Below are positions 12,017-24,976 of a DNA stretch of 64,000 nucleotides, piece by piece. Source of the stretch: Mobula hypostoma. Its lineage: Eukaryota. Every line of letters starts with the position of its first letter. The first letter of the stretch is position 1. The notes under the pieces are model-generated. The model ran no database searches. It was not told the DNA's origin and was given only the letters and a program-made list of their open reading frames with translations. Location of the stretch: the NCBI RefSeq assembly GCF_963921235.1, contig NC_086109.1:14882001-14946000 (forward strand). Direction: 5' to 3'. The translations under genes were made by a program, and so were the position numbers.

Positions 12017-13899
12017 CTGCACAGAGGGGGTTGAGGGGAGGGGAGAGTGGGCGAAGAAAAGCACAGGGGTCAGTAATCAGCAGTGGACATCAAAGGCACA
12101 GCAGCATTAGTGGTAGAAACCAGCTGGCTGCAGAGTCACCAGAGAACAGAAGCGTCACCTGAGACGCATTTGCTGAGTCTTGAGAGTCAAGGTCATGCTC
12201 ATTGCTAGAAATGCTCAGACCCGATCACATTAAGGCACCAACTTGAAATCCTGCTAAATGTTGTACCAAAGGCCACACTGCCACTATCAAAGACTGGTCT
12301 GAATCCTGCCTGTGAAAAGGGTAATGAATTCCAGTGATCTGCAAGATGATAGTACGGTCACGTGAGTTAGAGTGTGAGACAGAGACAGAAAGTATATAGA
12401 AGGAATTCCAGATTTTCAGCCCTAGAAAGCCATCAACAATAGAGTTATTAAACGGGGAATGCATCACAAGGGAGGACAGATTGTCGCTCCATTAGATTGA
12501 GCCTAAATGAGACTATCTGGAATATTGTTGCACAGGTTTGCTCTCCACAGCCAAGGAAGAGTAAGCTTGCAATAGTGGGAATGCAGTGAAACTGAACAGA
12601 TTCCTTGGATGGCGTGCCTGTTGTATAAAACATCAGGCAGATGGGGCCCATACTCCTGGAGTCTGGATGAATGAGAGGGAATCTCACAGAGACTTAAAAC
12701 ATTTTTAAAGGGCTTGACATGTCAAGTACAGAGTTGATATTTCCCCTGGCTGAAATACCTAGAATCAGATATCATTTCTCAAAATAAAGGATTGGCCACC
12801 CAGGACGAAGCCAAGAGAAAATGCTTTCACCCAGAAGCAGTGAGTATTTGGACTTTATTGCCTGGAGGACAGTGGAGATTTAGTCACAGAATACATGAAA
12901 TATTATCTATCTGTATATCTATATGGCCTCTGCCTGTGGTGCATTCCCTGTTTGTTTATTTAGATAATCAAATAACTAATTAAGTAAATAAGGAGAGACA
13001 GATAGATAGACAGAAAGAACGAACAGTACAGTTCTAGCACAGGAACAGGAGTTTTCACCCACAATGTGGTGCCAAAGCAATTAAATCAGTAATCAAATGG
13101 CTAACTAAACTAATCTCTTGTGCCAACGCATTGCCCATATCCTTCCATTTCCTTCACATTCATATGTGAATCTCTTAAAAGCCTGTAACGTCTGCCTCTT
13201 CTATCACCCCAGTCAGCACACTCTGTGTTAAAACAAAACTTGCCCCTCACATCTGCTTTGAACTTACCCCCTCTCACCTTAAATTCAAAGCATGTGGGGT
13301 TGTTGCAGTGAGGATATAAAGAGGCTAAAATCAGGCATGAGAGGCTGAATTGCCCACTGCTGATAGTGCCTACATTGTTTTCCCATTGGGCTGGAACAGT
13401 TTAAGGAAATGGATTGCGCTTTTGATAAAAACCATATGCACAGTAAAATTCTGACAATCCACTATCTGACTATTCAGAAATCACAATGATTCAGAATTTG
13501 GCTCACAGGCAGCTTTCCCTTGCTCCTCTGAAATTCATTGCTTTTATTGGAAATTGTATAACAATGCATAGCATCTAACAAAAAAAGGGAAGTACAAGGT
13601 TGTTGTGGTACTAAGAGGACCAGCAGTCCATAATCCTGACAGTTTACTTGTCCAACAAACACCATGTGCGCACCAAGTGTGCTAGATTATCGAAGTCGGG
13701 TATCACTATGAAATTTGTTTTATGACAGTAATACTGTGCAAGACAAAAATTACTATGTTGCATGAACTAAGATGAATTGAGAGTTAGCGTTCATATGCAC
13801 ATGCACCGTTCAGAAATCTGATAGCAGATGGGAAGAAGCTGTTTCTTAAAGGTTGCATGTGTCTCTTTAGGCTCCTGTACTTCCTCCCCGATGGTAGTA

Positions 13900-14731
13900 C
13901 AGGTTGAACACCCTTGATCTGAAATTCCAAAATCCAAAAATCTCTGAAATCCAATATTTTTTCTGTGCACTGCCATCACATCGCCAGTGGAAAATTCCAC
14001 AAGGCACTGGGAAGGTTCCCAGGCAATGCAAAGACATTTTTGAGAAGTGACTTCACATATGCAATCCACAGCAGTTAATGAAAAATAGAAAACACTGCAT
14101 AAAGCAAAAAATGAAGATCTTGATCATTTGAAAGAGTGGATTCGTCAGCGTCAGAGTGAACTTATGCCGCTTAACAGTATGCTGCTCGTGAAACATGCAA
14201 AGACCTATGACGATGAACTAAAATTGAAGGCAATTGTGAATATTCAGAAGGTTGGCTGCAGAAATTTAAGAATGGGCATGGCGATGAAATGGAGAAATTC
14301 ATTGATGAGTTTGCCAAGATTGTCGCTGATGAAAATCTAACATGCTGAACGGCTGTATCAGTACATACTGTATGTGTGATGAACAAGTGTAAGACAAAGT
14401 CTGCTTACTAGTAGCACACAAATTCAGAGTCGGGAATGATGGCAATGCCAAACAGCACTGGGTGGCTGATGTGGTGATAGCTTACCTTTCTGGTGGTTCA
14501 ATATATACATTATTGTTTCATTCACAAAATTATTAAAAATGCTATACAAAACTACCTTCAGGATATGTATAAGGGGTATATGTGATGTAGATGGATTTTG
14601 TGTTTAGTCTTAGGTCCATTGCCCAAGCTATCTCATTATATAGATGCAAATATTCCAAAATCTGAAAAAAAAAATCAAAAATTCAAAACACTTGCGGCCC
14701 CAAGCATTTTAGATAAGGGGTGCTCAACCTG
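13900..14731 (+). mobile_element. Tigger/pogo-like non-autonomous DNA transposon inserted into a LINE fragment
   Basis: TA|caggttgaacaccc ... gggtgctcaacctg|TA; CENP-B-HTH-like remnant LKEWIRQRQSELMPLNSMLLVKHAK; the host LINE sequence continues across the insertion. Confidence 0.88.
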
Positions 14732-15390
14732 TAATGAGAAGAGTCCATGCTCCAGATGGTGAGAGTCCTTAATCATGAATGTCACCTTCTTGAAGAAGGC
14801 ATCACCTTTTAAAGATGTCCCCAATGATGGGAGGCATGTGCCCACGATGGAGCTGGCCAAGTTTCAAACCCTTAGAGCCTCCATACCTGCCAATGATATG
14901 GTACCACAGTGCTCAGTTTTTACTGCCCCCACAAGATGCAACATTCAGGGATTTTGTCTTACATTAATCTGACACTCTCTGCAATTCTCTAAGCTTTCCT
15001 CCCCTCAATTCAAAAAATCTGAAATATTAGTATTTTCCTTGAAAGCTTCATTACTACTTTTGGGCACAGTATTCTTGCAGACATAGAACAGCTAACAACC
15101 CACAAACCCTTACAGTCCTTCTGTCAGCTGAACTAACAAGGCAGCGGCAGGGGGTATGCAACACAAATAAAAAAAATAAGAAAATGGGAAAAAAAAATCC
15201 ACTCACCCTCTGTGGAAAGAAAAAATAGTTCATTTTTTCAGGTCTGTAGCCCCTCTATGTGCCCAGGCTCTCAGTTTACGAATGATGCGAGTTTTGAGGG
15301 AAGTTTCTTATTACTACCATCAGAGGGGAGGTACAGGAGCCTGAAGACCCATAATCAATGTTTTAGGAACAGCTTCTCCCCCTCTCCTCC

Positions 15391-15793
15391 AAGACAAACA
15401 CAACCTTGTCGTGTCTTGGAGGCTTGCGTGCCTGAATGACCCAGAGAGCTATGCTGGCTGGAGTTAGGGCTTTATATTCTTTGGTTCTTGACATGCCAAA
15501 CAGGTCAAAGGGTAGAGGCCAGACTAAGAGTGGTCCACCAGACCTCTAGATTCGGGGGATCAACTCAGGGCCAACAACCCTGGCTGGTAAAACAAAATTG
15601 CTCTGGAAACATTTTACATCTGAGTGCAACGGTATTCCTGAGTCTCAACCTGGGACTTGCATGACTGACAGTTGTGAAAACTGAGAGGAAGCCATTGACA
15701 CGAAAAAGGAAGCCCTGAACACCACTAGAGATGGAGGACCTTCATTGCTGCCCTAAACGCCTGCAGTGTAAGAAACAGCAAGTTAGTAAGTCT
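15391..15793 (+). mobile_element. RTE-clade-like short non-autonomous element
   Basis: 5' ggaggcttgcgtgcc..tgaccc.gagagctatg and a 3' tail (gctgccctaaacgcc...agtaagt); possible TSD tctcctcc; interrupts a LINE tail. Confidence 0.5.
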
Positions 15794-16465
15794 TCTCCTC
15801 CTTCTCCTTCTTTTGCATTATTTATTTTTATTGTACCTTATAGTAATTTTTAAAATGTTTTGTACTGTACTGCTGCTACAAAACAACAAATTTCACGACC
15901 TATGTTAGTGACAATAAACCTAATTCTGATATTTTGGGCTGAAATAGCAGCCACGAGAGCATCTAGCCTGCAATTAAAGCCCACTCATCCTTTAGCGAGA
16001 ACTCAACACCAGCTTGCTGACCTGCATTTGACTCCAACTGCATGACTGAATCTTAAAACTTACTGACAGCGGAAGTTGCCAGGGCAACTAGGTATAGGTA
16101 ATAAACACAGCTTTTTCCAAGACAATTCTTAGCCAATGATGCTAATAAGGACAAAATAATAACTTTTGTTTTCCACTGTGGAAATGGAATTTGAGTCCAA
16201 CCCAGAACCCTGAGGAACAGGGAAGTTCAAGAAAGGGAGGAAAAAATGAATACAAAGTGTTGATTAATCTAATATACACAGAGTGCTTTTAAATCAGAAA
16301 TGAATAAAGTCAACAAGCTGCTTATGACTCCAAAGTCAACTGATCAGACCAATAGTGTTCTGATCTATATCTTGTGTCCTTTTGTTCAAAGTTCATCGTC
16401 TAATGCTTTATGCTCAATGGTTTTTTTTACCTTTGTAAAAGTTGGTCCTTTTGGTGCTCCAGTTC

Positions 16466-16483
16466 TACACTAGAGGGCAGTGT
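16466..16483 (+). promoter_or_regulatory. Candidate CTCF motif
   Basis: acactagagggcagtg matches the CTCF core consensus by eye; lies in non-repeat sequence; motif only. Confidence 0.3.
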
Positions 16484-16665
16484 CTTCCACAAAGTCATCT
16501 TGCACACTGGCGGGCAGTCTCTCCCATAAATGTCAACACTGAGTGAGATGAACACACTCCAACAGCAATCATTAGGACACTGATGTGTTTTTTGTGCAGG
16601 AGACCAAGGTTAGGGACCATGGTTTGCATGCCTACTGATGTAGCCTCTCCCAGATTGATCTTCCC

Positions 16666-16718
16666 CAAAGATATCTGCAGTATAGCTGTACAGTCAAAGA
16701 TATCTGCAGTATAGCTGT
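16666..16718 (+). repeat. Perfect 24-bp direct duplication
   Basis: caaagatatctgcagtatagctgt twice, with a 5-nt spacer. Confidence 0.95.
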
Positions 16719-18093
16719 CGTTTTTTTTAAAATTTTGGAGTATGTTTTCACAACTTCAATTCCAACTCAACATCTCAAGTTTTCTTGTGACAACCTTGTG
16801 AAAGGTTGGGTTGATGAAGAGCTCCAGCTTCTCATATGTCAGAGGTATGTAATGCCAGTGAAGGGATCAAATCAGTTGGCATGCATGCACACTCACTTTC
16901 ACTCTGTCCTTGGTGAATGGCCGTCACTCTCCCTATTATTCCTGCTTTACAACTGAGACCACACTTCAAAGGCACGTCATCGGCTGTGTATCACTTCAGG
17001 ATGTCCCAAGGCTGTTAAAGATGAATCTACGATTCAATTAATTTCACTTTGCAATCACACATGCAAGAACAGGTGGAGAGGAACACAGCTGGTGAGCGAT
17101 GACCTGGACAGTTCAAAAGCTCATGTGTTTCGTCCTTCATTGTTAGTCACCACCCTGTCTGTCAGGTTATTGGATTACTCTGCACATTAGAGATTGATCC
17201 AATTACAACCCACAAGGCTACTGTATAAGCACCTGATCCCACTTGCTATTTTAGTGACTTTTTTTAGCTATTTGATCACTGAAAAATGATGCAGGATTTA
17301 AGTGCATAATTGGGGGCAGCTTCAGGCCAAGGTTTGCCTGGCTACCTGATGGTTAATGCATGCAGTAACTCCGAGAGAGAGAAAAGAATGACACCATTCC
17401 CACAGAAAAAAAAATACAGAGTTAGGCAACTGGGCAAGTCATGATTCATGGAAATATGGGTTGCCAATCAAAACAAAATCCATTATCTTTATGGTAATTT
17501 ACACTTGAAACTCAGAATGTGTAATCAGCAAGTTCTTGTGCTACAAAGAAGATGTATGTGCATGGTTACTAACCATCACCATCACAATCCACCCAGTTCA
17601 AACCCTTTCACAACCAATCTGCTAGTAACTTTCCAAAGAAACTGAGGGCAGAATTGAATGCCATGTGAACAGAGTTATAAACACTAGAAAAAGAAGTCTC
17701 AAAATGGAGAAATGCCTGTACCTTTCTCACAATTTCTTCAAAAACCTGCAAGGTTGTTTGATATGAACAATTAGTGCTAGCTACCTACATCACAGAAACA
17801 TCAAAGATTCTGCAGATCGTAGAAATATTGAGCAATGCACAGAAGATGCTGGAGGAACTTAGCAAGTCAGGCAACATCTGTGGAGGGGAAGAAGCAGTCG
17901 ACATATTGAGTCAAGACCCTTCATCTGAAGTTTTGTGTGCAGCTGCCTACATCTGTCAGTCTGTGGGTAATGAATAATAAATGTTTGGATGAGGAATCTC
18001 AACCCGTTTCAGAATGTAACTAATTTAAACATGAACGAAACAAACATTATTCTGATAAAATGTGGAACACTTAAAGCTATGACTAGCTAAGTA

Positions 18094-18126
18094 CTGACGA
18101 AGGGTCTCGGCCTGAAACGTCGACTG
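18094..18126 (+). ncRNA. Minimal type I hammerhead ribozyme motif in a Penelope-like short insert (insert about 18094-18226)
   Basis: CUGACGA-AGG-gucucgg-CCU-GAAAC-GUC|GACUG; 14-bp TSD actagctaagtact at 18082-18095 and 18227-18240. Confidence 0.75.
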
Positions 18127-19461
18127 CGCCTCTTCCTATAGATGCTGCCTGGCCTGCTGCGTTCACCAGCAACTTTGATGTATGTTGCTTGAATTTCCAG
18201 CATCTGCAGAATTCCTGTTGTTTGTTACTAGCTAAGTACTTATAGCTTTGTGTGCACTCTAGTTCAAATGAAAAGAAACAGCCTATTCTACACAATAATG
18301 AGTCGAACTGAAGACAGAAAATGGACTCAGTTCCTTCCAAGATAACATTAAGTGCTCATATGAGCATATTTCCATGCAATCCAAAAATGTTCTGAAGAAC
18401 TGGTTAGAAGTTTAAAAGTTTATAAAATTATGAGAGGCATGGAAAGAGTAGACAGTCAAAATGTTCCCCCTCTCCAACAAGGATGGAAATGTCAAGTACT
18501 AGAGGACATGCATTTAAGGTGAGAGATTGAATGTTCAAAGCAGATGTATGAGGAAAATTTTTTTCTTACACAGAGAGTGCTAGGTGCCTGGAGCAGGCTG
18601 CTGAGGGCTGGGGGTGGTGGTAGTCAATGCAATAATGGTGTTTATAGACTGTTAGATAAGACACATGAATATATAAAGAATGGAGGGACAGAGACTACAT
18701 ACAGGCAGAAGAGAATTAGCTTAATATGGCATTATGTTTTGTGCAGATTTGTGGGTTTAAGGGCCTGCTCCTGTGCTTTTCTGTGTTCTTAAAAGCTTAC
18801 TAATGTTGGGGCAAGCAAGGAGTTAAAATGGCTATTTATACGCAACAAAACCTCCTCTTTTGTAAAACGGAAAATGAAAGGCATAACTTGCCTCTCGGCT
18901 GAATCTCGCAACTATTATTTGTAACATGATAATTCGTCAATGGAATGACAGAGTTGCTCAGTTTCCATTAAATGAATCAAATTTACCATTAACTAAGTGT
19001 ATACAGGGCGACCACATTAATGTCATCATTGCACACAACTTTGAGCCTCTCGTCGCTTGCTATTTTCATTTTCCATTCAACTCCCAGGGTGCCCACACTT
19101 CTCTCAACTTTCCGCACTATTCCACTGACACCTGTGAAACTGTAAATCATCCTTCGATTGGACAATTAAAGGCTTCCAACATAAACATGTTACAAGTGCT
19201 ATAGTGGTTCTCTTTGAAACACTTACAGTTTCTCCAGATACAGTACAAGTTGTTTCTTCATTTGTGCATTAACCTTACACCATCATCCCAAGCCACTTGA
19301 TCATTTAAGTTCTCCACTAAAACACAGACCTTTCTTCTCAGCTTCCCACCTCTCTTAGACCATAAGACCACAGGAGCAGAATTAAGCCATTTGGTTCAAT
19401 GAAACTACTCCACTATTCTACCATGGATTCATTGGCCCTCTCAACCCCATTCTCCTGCCTC

Positions 19462-19867
19462 TGCAACACACACAAAATGCTGGAGGAACTCAGCAGGCCA
19501 GTTATGAAAAAGAGTAACAGTTGACATTTTGGGCTGAGACCCTTCATCAGGATTGGGAAGGAAGGGGAGAAGTCCAAGTAAGAACGTGGGGGGAAGGGAG
19601 GAAGAAGTGCAAGGTGGCAGGTGATAGGTGAAACTGGGAGAGCAGGAGGCAGTGAAGTGAAGAGCTGGGAAGTTGATTGGTGAAAGAGACACTGGGCTGG
19701 AGAAAGGGAAATCTGATAAGAGAGGACTGAAGACCATGGAAGAGAGGAAAGGGGAGGAGCACTAGAGGGAGGTGATGAGGTGGTAAGGAGATCAGGTGAG
19801 GGAGGGAAAACAGGAATGGGGAATGGTGAAGTTAATTACTGGAAGTTCGAGAAGTTGATGTTCATAC
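19462..19867 (-). mobile_element. Penelope-like element 3' end: ORF terminus, pyrimidine-rich UTR and degenerate hammerhead; inserted in a CR1 tail
   Basis: Minus strand reads MNINFSNFQ*, a PLE-like ORF end, then later CUGAUGAAGGGUCUCAGCCCAAAAUGUC and the same terminal sequence as the short inserts. Confidence 0.75.
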
Positions 19868-20124
19868 TACCTTCCTGCCTTCTCGCTATAACCTTTGACA
19901 CCCTTACTAACAACGAACCTATCAACCTTTTCTTTAAATACACCCAGTGACTTGGTTTCCACAGCAGTTCGTGGCAATGAATTCCACAAATTCACCAGCC
20001 TTTGGCTAGAGAAATTCTTCCTTATCTCTGTTTTAAAGGGATGTCCTGAAACTTGATTTTTCTTTGTACTTGTTTTAAAAAATTGTAAAAACAATTGTAA
20101 AAACTGCAAATCAAGTCAAAGGAA

Positions 20125-21238
20125 GTTTAGTTACCATTCAACCATACGTAGATACAGCTGAATGAGACATCATTCCTCTGGGGCCAAGGTGCAAAACATT
20201 CAAAATAGCAAGCAAAATAGTGAGTAACACATTTCAAAATAGTGAGCAAAGAAACACATTTACTTGAAAACAAACTTATAATGAGTCCCAGACCCTGAGT
20301 GACAATGTCCAGCAATCGATGGTACAGTCTCCCGGAAGTGTGCAGACACACACAATCCAACCTGCTCAAACAGGGAGGGTAGCACCGATGGGAGAGGCCA
20401 GGACCCAGACGAGTGCGGACACCATGCAGCAACACTTCCACATCTTCTGACTTGGTCTGCAGCAGCAGGCAAGCCCAGGGCTTGAGGTCCAGTCCTCGCT
20501 ACAACCAAGACTAGACAGCTTCCATGTCATCTGCCCCACCGCCAGACAACCAGGGCTGAGAGGACTAACAGGCCTGTAGCAACTTACATTACCATTGTCC
20601 AACAGAGTCTTGCAATCAAAAGTGAAGTATATAGACAATAGACAATAGGTGCAGGAGTAGGCCATTCAGCCCTTCGAGCCAGCACCACCATTCACTGTGA
20701 TCATGGCTGATCATCCACAATCAGTACCCTTTTCCTGCCTTCTCCCCATATCCCCTGACTCTGCTATCTTTAAGAGCTCTATCTAACTCTTTCTTGAAAG
20801 AATCCAAAGAATTGGCCTCCACTGCCTTCTGAGGCAGAGATTATCTAAGGTAATCTCCCACAGTTATACTGCACCAACTCCGATGCTTCTGAGCAGCAGG
20901 CAGCAACACGGTCTGCAGGCAGATCAGCTCCTCTGAACCCAATCCGGCTCCTCCGACACTCCGGCCGGCCCCTTCTCCAACATCTTGGCAAGCCCTTTCG
21001 ACACCTCAGCCAGCCCCTTCTCCAACATCCTGGCAGGCCCCTTCGACACCTCGGCTGACTCCACCTCCACCACCAATACCAGTCCAGCCACCCGATCAAC
21101 AAGCAGCCCTGCAGTACTCTGTTCTTGAAGCAGAACCGTCTTTGGATCATAAAAACAAACCTTACAAAGTAAAAAGCACCTTTGGTTGGCCCCTGAGAAG
21201 ACGCCGTGTTCGCACACACCGCCATCTTACTGGAAGTC
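20125..21238 (-). mobile_element. Non-autonomous LINE-derived element with an internal 45-bp tandem repeat (about 20960-21060) and a nested CR1 tail (20632-20842)
   Basis: 5' acttccagtaagatggcgg; repeat unit cccttctccaacatc.tggca.gccc.ttcgacacctc.gc; 3' tail resembles the Rex/L2-like tails. Confidence 0.5.
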
Positions 21239-21950
21239 CCAGCCAATTTTCCAGATCCTATACAAGTTCAGCAACCCAAACATCAATGCTGTTTCACTTG
21301 CAATAACTGATGCACAACTTTCTTACTCATTCCAATACTTGCTGAATCTGGCAATTCCACCAAATCATTAGACATAATAAAGATCTGAAAAGTTCACCTT
21401 GATCAAGATGGCAACGTAGAGTACGTGGGTGCGAGGAATGTGCTGCCGGGGTGGAGGTAGAGGCAGATACATCTGGGACATTTAAAAGGCTCTTAGATAG
21501 GCACATAGATGAGTGGAGATAGGCACATAGATGAGTGGAGAGCCATGTGGAAGGGAAGGGCTAGATTGATCTTGGAGTAGGTTAAAAGGTTGGCACAACA
21601 TAGTGGGCTGAATGGCTCATACTTGCTGAAATGTTCTTCTATATTCTTAATAGCACGTACAGGATTCAAGTTAAAAGCAAATGCTTTGGTCCATCTCCTG
21701 TATCGCAGAACTCCAAGATAAAAAGAGACCGAATTTTAATCAAACGAAATAATTCTTAAAACAGGCACAGAATTATATGATCCCTGCTATTTTCTGTAAA
21801 CATCTGGATATGAGGGGGTGCATCCACCATTTGAAACACTGCTTCATGTGAGGCTCCAAGCAGGACTTTGGCCAAGCCAACTTCCAACAGCTGCTCTTTC
21901 ATTTCCTCAAAGAATATCAACAAACATCATTATATAAAAAAAGTGTTTAC

Positions 21951-22093
21951 CAGAAGAGAGACTTCTTCTGCATCACTTCCTTCAGATGTTTCCTTGATTC
22001 ATTATCCAGGCTACTGAACTCATACTTGGGGCTGAATTCTGCTGCTGGAGGTGTCACGAACTTGACATCAAATGCCGAGGTCGGGAAATCAAT
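21951..22093 (-). CDS. pik3c2b: PIK3C2B exon, 143 bp: IDFPTSAFDVKFVTPPAAEFSPKYEFSSLDNESRKHLKEVMQKKSLF(W)
   Basis: tacag acceptor, TG|gtaaac donor; IDFPTSAFD motif; phase 0/2. Confidence 0.95.
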
Positions 22094-22389
22094 CTGTAGA
22101 TAGAAGGACAAAAGATCACTGAAGTAATATCCTTTACAATGCAGACCAAAGATCCAAACAAATGTCGAAATGCTGCATGAAGTGGTGATGCAGGCGTACA
22201 ATTTCAGTGTTTACAGGTTAACAGGGAAGGCAAGTCTATAACAGATGGCTTGGATTTAAGAGATCCAAGCTAGCAAAATCAGATGGGTACAAAGCAGTTT
22301 TATTTTGTGCAGAGAGAACTGCTTGGAATAGGGTGAGCTGCCTGAGAACTCGGTGGAAGCAGCTTCATCTGTAAATTTGAAAAGGGGTG

Positions 22390-22610
22390 GTGTGGGAGCA
22401 TAGTGGTTAGCACAACACTTTACGGTACAGGCGACCCAGATTCAATTCCCACCACTGTGACCGCGTCGGTTTCCTCTGACAGACCAAGGATGTACCGGTA
22501 AGTAGGTTAATTAATCATCACAAATTGTCTCGTGGTAGGCTAGGATTAAATTGGGGGATTGCTGCGTGGAATGCTTGAAAGGCCAGAAGGGCCTGTTCCA
22601 CACTAGATTG
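22390..22610 (+). mobile_element. tRNA-derived SINE (HE1/V-SINE-like); related copies at about 47120-47400, 49985-50290, 56960-57270 and (minus) 41340-41620, 39975-40490
   Basis: A box-like tagtggttag, B box-like gttcaattc, shared ctccccgtgac.gcgtgggtttcc...cccac..tccaaagac core. Confidence 0.75.
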
Positions 22611-24767
22611 AATTGACTTTATTACTTACATCCTTCACGTACACGAGGGGTAAAAATCTTTATGTTACATCTCTAATTAAATGTGCAATGTGCAATTTAT
22701 AGTAATTTATAATAAATAGTATGTACAACAGGACAGTCAATATAACATAGAATTACAATTCTATCGGTGTGAATTAATCAGTCTGATGGTCCAGTGGAAT
22801 TCATCGTCCTGGCTTTTATGCTGCGGGACCGTTTCCCAGATGGTAGCAGCTGGAACAGTTTGTGGTTGGGGTGACTTGGGTCCTTAATGATCCTTCGGGC
22901 CCTTTTTACACACCTGTCTCTGTAAATATCCTGAATAGTGGGAAGTTCACATCTACAGATGTGCTGGGCTGTCTGCACCACTCTCTGCAGACTCTGAAGA
23001 TGTCAATAAATAAACAAACAAACCAACAAGTAGAGTTTGGTCTGTTAAAGAACTTGTACAAGTCATATCTTCATTTTACATAAATTCTATATGTCCATTC
23101 CACGTATCAGTCCAATAACCTTTGTGCTGCATCCAACTAATTATATTTGTCCTCAAGCACCAAAGTAAAGGCAAGTGTGTGTATTCACTGGCAGTGGCCC
23201 TAATTCACCTACACTGTAGTGGAGACTGGAGGCCCAGAGGCCCATCTTGGGGTTGGAGGATTATTAAGTTGTGAGCTATTAAAGGTTTGTTTTTGCTGTT
23301 GCTGCTTTGTTGCTTGTTGTGTTCTACGTTATTCTGCTGAACATTGTGGGCAGAATGTGCTGGGGACAGCCATGACACATCTGTAGGTTGGTGGTTGTTA
23401 ACGCAAATGATGCAAGCTCACTGAATGTTTCCATGTATGTGTAATAAATAAATGAATCCCGAACCTAAAGAGATTTACTATGCATTAAAACTCCACAAAT
23501 GTAGCAACCATTCACACAAGAGATGCTGCAGATGCTGGAAACCTAGACTAACACACACAAAATGCTGGAGGAACTCAGCAGGTCAGGCAGCGTCTATGGA
23601 GGGGAACAGACAGTTGTTGAGTTGGGCCAAGATGCTTCAGCTCAAAACGTCGACTGTTTATTCCACTCTAAAGATGCTGCCTGAGCTGCTGAATTCCTTC
23701 AACACTGTGTGTGAAGCAGCCATTTACAAGGGCTAATTTAAATGCTTCCACACCACGTGTGTCATCCCACAATGAGTTACCAGGTCAGGAGGCAATGGTC
23801 AAAGCAAGGGACTTAGTCACAAACAAAGATGATAGTAGGAAGGTCTGATATAGAAGGAAAGATACTAGTCAAGATTTCTAAATGGATCAATTATCTCTTC
23901 TTCATTTCAAGCAACATTAGAGAGACTGAGGAAAGAGCAATTAGAAACTAGAGGAAAATGAGAGAAAGTAAAATGTAATAGGTACTCTGTATAATAGATT
24001 ATGGTCAAATCAGTGGTGTTTGAAAGAAGATGTATTACACAAAACTGATGGCCTGCTGAGCTCTTCCAGCAGTATGTTTTTGCTCCATGTCCCAGCATCT
24101 GCAGTCACTTCTATCCACAAGTAAAACTATTGTTAAAGCAACTCTATCTCCTTTCCTGGAACGTGGCCTCCGTGTGCTTTAAAGGCAAAGATTAGTTGTT
24201 GCTGGACGTTTTTCAGTTTGTGTTTTTATAGGATAAATGTCAGCGAGCATACTGTCCAACACAACTGATGGACGCAACTGCTCTGCAAGTTACAATGTGA
24301 CTACAGGACTCTTTTGCTCCAGGTCTTGGAACTGAGCCAACCATTCAGAAATTGCATCTATCAGTGGGATTAGAGAGGAAAACGATCAGGTGGATTCTTG
24401 GAAAGACAACAGGAAGATCAGCTGCTAGTCATAGCCCCTGGGATCAGTCGGGGGTAAAACAGATCAATAAAAAAATTCACTACCAGTGTAGATGGAATCA
24501 GCAGGAACTGACACCAATCATCGAGAAAAAAATTTTTCTCAACTAAATTTAAGTTAATCATCTTGTGGCTTGACATTATATACATTTTCTCTTTAGCATG
24601 ACAGTGAAGGATCTGATTTAAAGATCTCTTCTCGCCTTTGGAAAGATTCACTCCCATTTGAGAGACCCCTTGCTACCAACAGCGAAGGAACAAAAGTTGC
24701 ATTTATTTAGAGCCTTGCACATGCCTGGATAGTACCAGGTATTTTGCAGCCAATAAGTTACTTCTAG

Positions 24768-24976
24768 CCGGCTGGTGGTGTAGTGATATCCACACCGGAC
24801 TTTAACATGAGTGGTCCCAAGTTTGAATCCGGCTGGCCCCTTGCACGCTTTCCATCTGCGTTGGGTTGAGCATCGAGCTAGCAACTCGGCCATGTGAAAA
24901 ACAGACAAATGCCAAGGAAATGGCACTGTCGCCACCCGATGCGCTACAAGGTGCGGAAAGGAACAACAACAACAAC
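24768..24976 (+). mobile_element. tRNA-derived SINE with (AAC)n tail
   Basis: A box tggtgtagtg, B box gtttgaatcc, ends in aacaacaacaacaac. Confidence 0.7.

Noticed and set aside
20845..21246. ORFs with repeated peptides (EVSKGPARMLEKG)
   Set aside because: They are translations of a 45-bp tandem repeat inside a retroelement-derived sequence, with no domain evidence.
24768..24845. tRNA gene candidate
   Set aside because: A and B boxes are present but there is no convincing cloverleaf, and it continues into a SINE body and (AAC)n tail.
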